Shown: one piece after another, positions 1 to 8,871 of the stretch
How the letters are laid out: every line of letters starts with the position of its first letter
Position numbering within the stretch: the first letter of the stretch is position 1
Source of the DNA: Tubulanus polymorphus
Taxonomy: Eukaryota > Animalia > Nemertea
Length of the DNA: 49,000 bases
Assembly (NCBI RefSeq): GCF_964204645.1
Contig: NW_027437483.1
Coordinates: forward strand, 1 to 49,000
Reading direction: 5' to 3'
Notes under the pieces: generated by a model
What the model was told of the DNA's origin: nothing
The model's input: only the letters and a program-made list of their open reading frames with translations
The model's database searches: none
Position numbers and translations under genes: made by a program

Positions 1-3000
1 ACCTCAGCCTGTGCCAGGAATGAAGGAATGCGAGGTCACAGGAAATGACAGTCGTCGGTCTGCCCAGGTAGCTCAACTGGTAGAGCAGTCGTCCGGCAAA
101 CGAAAGGTCCGTGGTTCGAGTCCCGGTCTAGGTGGTGGACTGTGCTTTTCCCGATGCCCCTAACTCTAATGCCTTCCGACAGGTGGGAGTTAGCCTGATT
201 TCCCGCTGCCCGTGCTCTAGTGGGGAACTGAAAAAGAAATTAATTAATACATCTCGATTAACAGTCTCGGGGGTTAATCTGAAGAACACACTTGTCATAT
301 AATTAATATTCAAATTCAAAAATTGGTTCCCCTAACCTCTATCTCTATACCTAACCTCAGCCTGTGCCAGGAATGAAGGAATGCGAGGTCACAGGAAATG
401 ACAGTCGTCGGTCTGCCCAGGTAGCTCAACTGGTAGAGCAGTCGTCCGGCAAACGAAAGGTCCGTGGTTCGAGTCCCGGTCTAGGTGGTGGACTGTGCTT
501 TTCCCGATGCCCCTAACTCTAATGCCTTCCGACAGGTGGGAGTTAGCCTGATTTCCCGCTGCCCGTGCTCTAGTGGGGAACTGAAAAAGAAATTAATTAA
601 TACATCTCGATTAACAGTCTCGGGGGTTAATCTGAAGAACACACTTGTCATATAATTAATATTCAAATTCAAAAATTGGTTCCCCTAACCTCTATCTCTA
701 TACCTAACCTCAGCCTGTGCCAGGAATGAAGGAATGCGAGGTCACAGGAAATGACAGTCGTCGGTCTGCCCAGGTAGCTCAACTGGTAGAGCAGTCGTCC
801 GGCAAACGAAAGGTCCGTGGTTCGAGTCCCGGTCTAGGTGGTGGACTGTGCTTTTCCCGATGCCCCTAACTCTAATGCCTTCCGACAGGTGGGAGTTAGC
901 CTGATTTCCCGCTGCCCGTGCTCTAGTGGGGAACTGAAAAAGAAATTAATTAATACATCTCGATTAACAGTCTCGGGGGTTAATCTGAAGAACACACTTG
1001 TCATATAATTAATATTCAAATTCAAAAATTGGTTCCCCTAACCTCTATCTCTATACCTAACCTCAGCCTGTGCCAGGAATGAAGGAATGCGAGGTCACAG
1101 GAAATGACAGTCGTCGGTCTGCCCAGGTAGCTCAACTGGTAGAGCAGTCGTCCGGCAAACGAAAGGTCCGTGGTTCGAGTCCCGGTCTAGGTGGTGGACT
1201 GTGCTTTTCCCGATGCCCCTAACTCTAATGCCTTCCGACAGGTGGGAGTTAGCCTGATTTCCCGCTGCCCGTGCTCTAGTGGGGAACTGAAAAAGAAATT
1301 AATTAATACATCTCGATTAACAGTCTCGGGGGTTAATCTGAAGAACACACTTGTCATATAATTAATATTCAAATTCAAAAATTGGTTCCCCTAACCTCTA
1401 TCTCTATACCTAACCTCAGCCTGTGCCAGGAATGAAGGAATGCGAGGTCACAGGAAATGACAGTCGTCGGTCTGCCCAGGTAGCTCAACTGGTAGAGCAG
1501 TCGTCCGGCAAACGAAAGGTCCGTGGTTCGAGTCCCGGTCTAGGTGGTGGACTGTGCTTTTCCCGATGCCCCTAACTCTAATGCCTTCCGACAGGTGGGA
1601 GTTAGCCTGATTTCCCGCTGCCCGTGCTCTAGTGGGGAACTGAAAAAGAAATTAATTAATACATCTCGATTAACAGTCTCGGGGGTTAATCTGAAGAACA
1701 CACTTGTCATATAATTAATATTCAAATTCAAAAATTGGTTCCCCTAACCTCTATCTCTATACCTAACCTCAGCCTGTGCCAGGAATGAAGGAATGCGAGG
1801 TCACAGGAAATGACAGTCGTCGGTCTGCCCAGGTAGCTCAACTGGTAGAGCAGTCGTCCGGCAAACGAAAGGTCCGTGGTTCGAGTCCCGGTCTAGGTGG
1901 TGGACTGTGCTTTTCCCGATGCCCCTAACTCTAATGCCTTCCGACAGGTGGGAGTTAGCCTGATTTCCCGCTGCCCGTGCTCTAGTGGGGAACTGAAAAA
2001 GAAATTAATTAATACATCTCGATTAACAGTCTCGGGGGTTAATCTGAAGAACACACTTGTCATATAATTAATATTCAAATTCAAAAATTGGTTCCCCTAA
2101 CCTCTATCTCTATACCTAACCTCAGCCTGTGCCAGGAATGAAGGAATGCGAGGTCACAGGAAATGACAGTCGTCGGTCTGCCCAGGTAGCTCAACTGGTA
2201 GAGCAGTCGTCCGGCAAACGAAAGGTCCGTGGTTCGAGTCCCGGTCTAGGTGGTGGACTGTGCTTTTCCCGATGCCCCTAACTCTAATGCCTTCCGACAG
2301 GTGGGAGTTAGCCTGATTTCCCGCTGCCCGTGCTCTAGTGGGGAACTGAAAAAGAAATTAATTAATACATCTCGATTAACAGTCTCGGGGGTTAATCTGA
2401 AGAACACACTTGTCATATAATTAATATTCAAATTCAAAAATTGGTTCCCCTAACCTCTATCTCTATACCTAACCTCAGCCTGTGCCAGGAATGAAGGAAT
2501 GCGAGGTCACAGGAAATGACAGTCGTCGGTCTGCCCAGGTAGCTCAACTGGTAGAGCAGTCGTCCGGCAAACGAAAGGTCCGTGGTTCGAGTCCCGGTCT
2601 AGGTGGTGGACTGTGCTTTTCCCGATGCCCCTAACTCTAATGCCTTCCGACAGGTGGGAGTTAGCCTGATTTCCCGCTGCCCGTGCTCTAGTGGGGAACT
2701 GAAAAAGAAATTAATTAATACATCTCGATTAACAGTCTCGGGGGTTAATCTGAAGAACACACTTGTCATATAATTAATATTCAAATTCAAAAATTGGTTC
2801 CCCTAACCTCTATCTCTATACCTAACCTCAGCCTGTGCCAGGAATGAAGGAATGCGAGGTCACAGGAAATGACAGTCGTCGGTCTGCCCAGGTAGCTCAA
2901 CTGGTAGAGCAGTCGTCCGGCAAACGAAAGGTCCGTGGTTCGAGTCCCGGTCTAGGTGGTGGACTGTGCTTTTCCCGATGCCCCTAACTCTAATGCCTTC

Positions 3001-5298
3001 CGACAGGTGGGAGTTAGCCTGATTTCCCGCTGCCCGTGCTCTAGTGGGGAACTGAAAAAGAAATTAATTAATACATCTCGATTAACAGTCTCGGGGGTTA
3101 ATCTGAAGAACACACTTGTCATATAATTAATATTCAAATTCAAAAATTGGTTCCCCTAACCTCTATCTCTATACCTAACCTCAGCCTGTGCCAGGAATGA
3201 AGGAATGCGAGGTCACAGGAAATGACAGTCGTCGGTCTGCCCAGGTAGCTCAACTGGTAGAGCAGTCGTCCGGCAAACGAAAGGTCCGTGGTTCGAGTCC
3301 CGGTCTAGGTGGTGGACTGTGCTTTTCCCGATGCCCCTAACTCTAATGCCTTCCGACAGGTGGGAGTTAGCCTGATTTCCCGCTGCCCGTGCTCTAGTGG
3401 GGAACTGAAAAAGGAATTAATTAATACATCTCGATTAACAGTCTCGGGGGTTAATCTGAAGAACACACTTGTCATATAATTAATATTCAAATTCAAAAAT
3501 TGGTTCCCCTAACCTCTATCTCTATACCTAACCTCAGCCTGTGCCAGGAATGAAGGAATGCGAGGTCACAGGAAATGACAGTCGTCGGTCTGCCCAGGTA
3601 GCTCAACTGGTAGAGCAGTCGTCCGGCAAACGAAAGGTCCGTGGTTCGAGTCCCGGTCTAGGTGGTGGACTGTGCTTTTCCCGATGCCCCTAACTCTAAT
3701 GCCTTCCGACAGGTGGGAGTTAGCCTGATTTCCCGCTGCCCGTGCTCTAGTGGGGAACTGAAAAAGAAATTAATTAATACATCTCGATTAACAGTCTCGG
3801 GGGTTAATCTGAAGAACACACTTGTCATATAATTAATATTCAAATTCAAAAATTGGTTCCCCTAACCTCTATCTCTATACCTAACCTCAGCCTGTGCCAG
3901 GAATGAAGGAATGCGAGGTCACAGGAAATGACAGTCGTCGGTCTGCCCAGGTAGCTCAACTGGTAGAGCAGTCGTCCGGCAAACGAAAGGTCCGTGGTTC
4001 GAGTCCCGGTCTAGGTGGTGGACTGTGCTTTTCCCGATGCCCCTAACTCTAATGCCTTCCGACAGGTGGGAGTTAGCCTGATTTCCCGCTGCCCGTGCTC
4101 TAGTGGGGAACTGAAAAAGAAATTAATTAATACATCTCGATTAACAGTCTCGGGGGTTAATCTGAAGAACACACTTGTCATATAATTAATATTCAAATTC
4201 AAAAATTGGTTCCCCTAACCTCTATCTCTATACCTAACCTCAGCCTGTGCCAGGAATGAAGGAATGCGAGGTCACAGGAAATGACAGTCGTCGGTCTGCC
4301 CAGGTAGCTCAACTGGTAGAGCAGTCGTCCGGCAAACGAAAGGTCCGTGGTTCGAGTCCCGGTCTAGGTGGTGGACTGTGCTTTTCCCGATGCCCCTAAC
4401 TCTAATGCCTTCCGACAGGTGGGAGTTAGCCTGATTTCCCGCTGCCCGTGCTCTAGTGGGGAACTGAAAAAGAAATTAATTAATACATCTCGATTAACAG
4501 TCTCGGGGGTTAATCTGAAGAACACACTTGTCATATAATTAATATTCAAATTCAAAAATTGGTTCCCCTAACCTCTATCTCTATACCTAACCTCAGCCTG
4601 TGCCAGGAATGAAGGAATGCGAGGTCACAGGAAATGACAGTCGTCGGTCTGCCCAGGTAGCTCAACTGGTAGAGCAGTCGTCCGGCAAACGAAAGGTCCG
4701 TGGTTCGAGTCCCGGTCTAGGTGGTGGACTGTGCTTTTCCCGATGCCCCTAACTCTAATGCCTTCCGACAGGTGGGAGTTAGCCTGATTTCCCGCTGCCC
4801 GTGCTCTAGTGGGGAACTGAAAAAGAAATTAATTAATACATCTCGATTAACAGTCTCGGGGGTTAATCTGAAGAACACACTTGTCATATAATTAATATTC
4901 AAATTCAAAAATTGGTTCCCCTAACCTCTATCTCTATACCTAACCTCAGCCTGTGCCAGGAATGAAGGAATGCGAGGTCACAGGAAATGACAGTCGTCGG
5001 TCTGCCCAGGTAGCTCAACTGGTAGAGCAGTCGTCCGGCAAACGAAAGGTCCGTGGTTCGAGTCCCGGTCTAGGTGGTGGACTGTGCTTTTCCCGATGCC
5101 CCTAACTCTAATGCCTTCCGACAGGTGGGAGTTAGCCTGATTTCCCGCTGCCCGTGCTCTAGTGGGGAACTGAAAAAGAAATTAATTAATACATCTCGAT
5201 TAACAGTCTCGGGGGTTAATCTGAAGAACACACTTGTCATATAATTAATATTCAAATTCAAAAATTGGTTCCCCTAACCTCTATCTCTATACCTAACC
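1..5298 (+). repeat. Tandem array of 15 copies of a 353-bp unit (tRNA-headed, PLE-tailed non-autonomous element); extends beyond the left window edge
   Basis: Exact 353-bp periodicity (units start at 1, 354, 707 ... 4943). I noticed only one variant (A>G at 3414, unit 10). The last unit runs into CCCTAA repeats at 5299. Confidence 0.98.
62..134 (+). ncRNA. tRNA-like/tRNA-derived Pol III element, repeated in each 353-bp unit (GGC at the anticodon position; probably not a functional tRNA)
   Basis: A-box TAGCTCAACTGG 69-80, D stem GCTC/GAGC, anticodon arm TCGT/ACGA with loop CCGGCAA, variable loop AGGTC, B-box GGTTCGAGTCC 113-123, imperfect acceptor GCCCAGG/TCTAGGT, TTTT at 146-149. C33 instead of U33, no G3:U70 Ala determinant, irregular T stem. 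Confidence 0.85.
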
Positions 5299-5325
5299 CT
5301 AACCCTAACCCTAACCCTAACCCTA
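5292..5325 (+). repeat. Short telomeric repeat tract (CCCTAA)5-6 joining the 353-bp array to the 5'-truncated PLE copy
   Basis: cctaa ccctaa ccctaa ccctaa ccctaa cccta read directly. Confidence 0.97.
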
Positions 5326-6415
5326 GCTTTTCAACATCGCGCTGGATTTGCGGTCGAAATTCCGCGGTCAGGCTCTGTCTGACAAACTCAGAAATGTCCT
5401 ATCTAACCCACCTTCTTCCCCTTCTCATTTCAGGTCACACCACCAGGAGGCACCACCGGAGCCGAAGATTCGTCCGCCGCCGAGACCGAGCCGGAAGATT
5501 CGAAAGCCCGCGACGCCGAGGACGCCTGCACCAACCGCAGCCGCGCCCGCCGCGCCCACAGCGCCTCCTTCTTTTTCTGATTCCAGGTCACCGAGAAGCT
5601 ACGCGGATGTCACCAGGACGCCACCAACCAGAATGGCGCCACCACCGAGAAGTCCGATGCCGACGCCGCCGCCAAGAAGTCCGACGCCACCGAGAAGTCC
5701 GACGCCGCCGCCTCGAAACCCGACGCCGCCGCCGCCGCCGCAGAGAACGCCGACCGCACCAACCAGCAGTCCGACGCCGTCTCTCTCTTCTTCTCTTTCC
5801 AGCTCTCCGTCTCATTACAGGTCACCAGGGCGCCTACTGCCAGCGCGAAGTCCGACGCCAACACCGAGACCGATGGCGCCCCAGGAAGTTCGCCGTCATC
5901 CGAATACGGGTCGGAAGAAACAGGATTGGAGTCTGCCACCAACCCGGCGACCCATTCTGGTGATTGGTGACTCAAATCTGAGTAACATCACATCAAGCCG
6001 CCGTCCGGATGACGTCCAGATCGAGAGCTTCCCCGGCTGCAAGATAGCTCATCTCGCCGACCTGATCGATGCTGTACCGGAGCGCCGAGATCGCCCGGAT
6101 ACGGTGATCATCAGCGTCGGAATCAACAACCGCGACAACAACTTCGAAGCGACCGCCAAGAAGACCACACAGCGCCTGATCAACGCCGCAGTCAAGAAGT
6201 ATCAGCACTCGTTCGTCCACTTCGTTCAACTCAACACGACCCGCGAACACCAGCAGTTCGCCCGGAAGTTCAACGAATTCCTCGAGATTCACGACGACGT
6301 CACCGCGATACCACCCATCGATGATCGACGCTTCAGAGTTGTTGGAGACGGGATCCACTGGAACCGTGGTACAGCTAACACCCTGCTGGACCACTGGCTC
6401 AGTGGTTTAAACTAA
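5326..6415 (+). CDS. PLE ORF1 (5'-truncated): Pro/Ser/Thr-rich linker + SGNH/GDSL esterase domain
   Basis: SGNH blocks: ILVIGDSN (block I), FPGCKI (II), ISVGINN (III), GDGIHWN (V, DxxH). Confidence 0.85.
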
Positions 6416-8871
6416 GTATTAGTGAGACCAACGGGTCCACTATTGGTGAGTTAAATCAACCGGAATTAACCAATGCTTCTCTGATTTCTTCCATTTCCAG
6501 GTCCGACGAACACGAAGAACCGGCACCAAACCAAGCGCGACGCGATCCGGTCACCGCTCTCGGGAGCCCGGTGGTCAACCTCACACGTTCACTCCGCCTA
6601 AGTCCGGCGCAACATCAGCTACTCCGAAAGGGCCTCACTTATTGCCCGACTCCAAAAATCGGTTCTGATGCCGCCGCGACCGAGCGCACCAAGGGAGTGT
6701 GCCGATTCAACCGGCTAGTGAAACTCGACCATCACTTCCGAGACAAACCGGACCGCGAGGCTCCGCGTTTCCGTCTGCCCAGCAGTTGGGCTCCGGATGA
6801 AATAGAACCAGTAATCGCCGGGTTCTGCAACGACGCGCACGAATTGGCTCAACAAACCAGGGATACGCGTCGCGTAAATGATAACCTCACTAAACAGGAA
6901 CGCGAAGCCCTCCAGCAGCTGCGTGACAACACTAATATTGTCATCAAAGCCGCCGATAAGGGTTCCGCTACGGTTATCATGGACCGCGACGACTACGTCC
7001 ACGAAGCCATGCGCCAACTAGCCGATCTCGAGTATTATCAGCCGCTGCAGCAACCGATCTTCGAACAGACCGGGGAAGAAATTCGCGAAATCATCGAAAA
7101 TATGGCTCGACGAAAAATCATCCCGCTAAAAACCGCCGAATATCTATTACCGCCCGACAATCCGAAACAGAGGCAGTTCTATCTGCTTCCCAAAATCCAT
7201 AAAGAACGCGAGAAGTGGACGGTACCCGATCGCGTACCGCCGGGGAGACCGATCGTCTCCGACTGCGGCTCCGAAACCTACGAAATTTCGGAATGGATCG
7301 ACTACTATTTGCAGCCGATCGCCCGCGGTCACCCGTCGTACGTCAAAGATACCAACCACTTTCTAGATATTTTGGCCGGTAAACAATTTAGCGCCGATGC
7401 GTTACTCGTCACCATGGACATCGATTCGCTCTACACCAACATCCCCCACGAAGAGGGTATCGCCAGCATCCGACAAGCTCTCCGAGATAACCCGAACCCG
7501 GGACGCCCGGATGCCGAGCTGCTGAAACTACTCGAAATCAGCCTGAAGAAAAATGACTTTAACTTTAACGAAAACACATATTTACAGGTAAAAGGTACCG
7601 CAATGGGTAAGCGTTTTGCTCCTTCTTATGCCAATATCTTTGTAGCCGAATGGGAAAAAGAAGGTCTGTCCAGAAGCGAACTCCAACCATCGCTATACGC
7701 TCGGTTCATCGACGACATCTACATAGTTTGGGAACACGGCCGCGAAACGTTGATGCAATTCATCGACGTCCTACAAACAGTGAGCCGATCCATCAAACTC
7801 AAGTTCGAAATCAGCGACACCAGCGTCAACTTTCTGGACGTAACCACTTTCAAAGGCCCGCGATTCGAGACAAGTGGCACAGTAGACACCAAAGTCTACT
7901 TCAAACCAACCGATTCGCATCAATTACTACATCGATCCTCGTTTCACCCTAAACACACATTTTCCGGTATAGTTAAAAGTCAAATTCTCCGGTTCCGGCG
8001 CATCTGCAATAACGATTCGGACTTACACGCAGCGTCCGGAACCGTCCTTAAAGTACTCAGAGGTCGTGGCTACAAAGACCGCGAACTGCGACACATCAAA
8101 AGCCAAGCTCTACGGCACCACGCCGAACGAGATCTACGAGAACAACAACGGGCCGACGAACCGCCGAAAAAGCGTTTACCGCTTATCTTACCTCACTCCG
8201 AAGCCAACCGAACCCTAGCCCGTAACATCCGAACCAGATTTACGGAACTGGCTACGGCCACCGGCCGGTCGGACGAGGTAACCACGGTCACCGCCTACAC
8301 CAAGCACAAGAGTCTCAAAGATCTCCTAACTTCGTCGCAGCTCAAACCCACGAAGCCACCCCCTCCCCGAGTCCCCTCTTCACCGCATCGTAACAGAAAT
8401 ACTTCCGTTGTTTCCAATTCTTCTATTTCCAGGTCTACTCAAAGAACTCCGTCAACCCGACGTCGAGGCACCGAGAAATGCAGAACACCGAGATGTCGTA
8501 CGTGTCCACTCGTCCGAGAAACAACCGTTTGCCGCAGCCACAACAAAATGCACGCGATCCGCAGCACAATTAATTGCGCGACCCGTGAAATTGTATACTG
8601 CATCGAATGCACCAAGTGCAACATGCTGTACGTCGGCCAAACCGGAATGTCTCTACGAGAACGCGTCACTCATCACGTCTCACGCATCAGAACGAAGAAT
8701 TCGACTCCAGTCTCGGACCACTTCAACCAAGTCGACCACACCCGCGAACACTTTCGGGTGTACGGTCTCCAACACCTACCAGGCTCCACGAGACCGATCC
8801 GCGAAGCAGCCGAACAAGACTGGATACGACGACTCGACACGAACACGCCCCGAGGCATGAACGTCCCGTAG
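6412..8871 (+). CDS. PLE ORF2: reverse transcriptase + Cys-rich linker + GIY-YIG endonuclease (no ATG start; probably entered by -1 frameshift)
   Basis: RT motifs YLLPKIHK, PGRPIVS, TMDIDSLYTNI, GTAMG..FAP.YANIF, RFIDD, NFLDV. Linker CRTPRCRTC. GIY-YIG IVYCIECTKC..LYVGQT, RER..H, E..WI..L.T..P.GMN. Frame is open from 6412 to the track start at 6571 (GTG). Confidence 0.95.
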   Translation, partial: LSISETNGSTIGELNQPELTNASLISSISRSDEHEEPAPNQARRDPVTALGSPVVNLTRSLRLSPAQHQLLRKGLTYCPTPKIGSDAAATERTKGVCRFNRLVKLDHHFRDKPDREAPRFRLPSSWAPDEIEPVIAGFCNDAHELAQQTRDTRRVNDNLTKQEREALQQLRDNTNIVIKAADKGSATVIMDRDDYVHEAMRQLADLEYYQPLQQPIFEQTGEEIREIIENMARRKIIPLKTAEYLLPPDNPKQRQFYLLPKIHKEREKWTVPDRVPPGRPIVSDCGSETYEISEWIDYYLQPIARGHPSYVKDTNHFLDILAGKQFSADALLVTMDIDSLYTNIPHEEGIASIRQALRDNPNPGRPDAELLKLLEISLKKNDFNFNENTYLQVKGTAMGKRFAPSYANIFVAEWEKEGLSRSELQPSLYARFIDDIYIVWEHGRETLMQFIDVLQTVSRSIKLKFEISDTSVNFLDVTTFKGPRFETSGTVDTKVYFKPTDSHQLLHRSSFHPKHTFSGIVKSQILRFRRICNNDSDLHAASGTVLKVLRGRGYKDRELRHIKSQALRHHAERDLREQQRADEPPKKRLPLILPHSEANRTLARNIRTRFTELATATGRSDEVTTVTAYTKHKSLKDLLTSSQLKPTKPPPPRVPSSPHRNRNTSVVSNSSISRSTQRTPSTRRRGTEKCRTPRCRTCPLVRETTVCRSHNKMHAIRSTINCATREIVYCIECTKCNMLYVGQTGMSLRERVTHHVSRIRTKNSTPVSDHFNQVDHTREHFRVYGLQHLPGSTRPIREAAEQDWIRRLDTNTPRGMNVP

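Noticed and set aside
273-307. Possible hammerhead in the 353-bp unit (GTTAAT-CTGAAGA-ACA/TGT-CATATA-ATTAAT)
   Set aside because: The essential GAAA is missing (CATA); at best a relic or a chance match.
128-5261. Fifteen identical 63-aa minus-strand ORFs
   Set aside because: TTG start, no recognisable motif, antisense to the structured unit; a by-product of the repeat.
1-5298. CRISPR array or bona fide tRNA-Ala gene cluster
   Set aside because: No unique spacers and a eukaryotic context. The tRNA-like part has C33, no G3:U70, mismatched stems and a G34 anticodon, and the unit carries a PLE tail.
5265-5963. Arg-rich overlapping ORF and other alternative-frame or antisense ORFs within the PLE
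   Set aside because: Shadows of GC-rich Pro codons; the 5265 ORF crosses the telomeric junction.
6571-8871. Telomerase (TERT) or group II intron/retron RT
   Set aside because: The C-terminal GIY-YIG and PLE-specific motifs identify a Penelope-like element.
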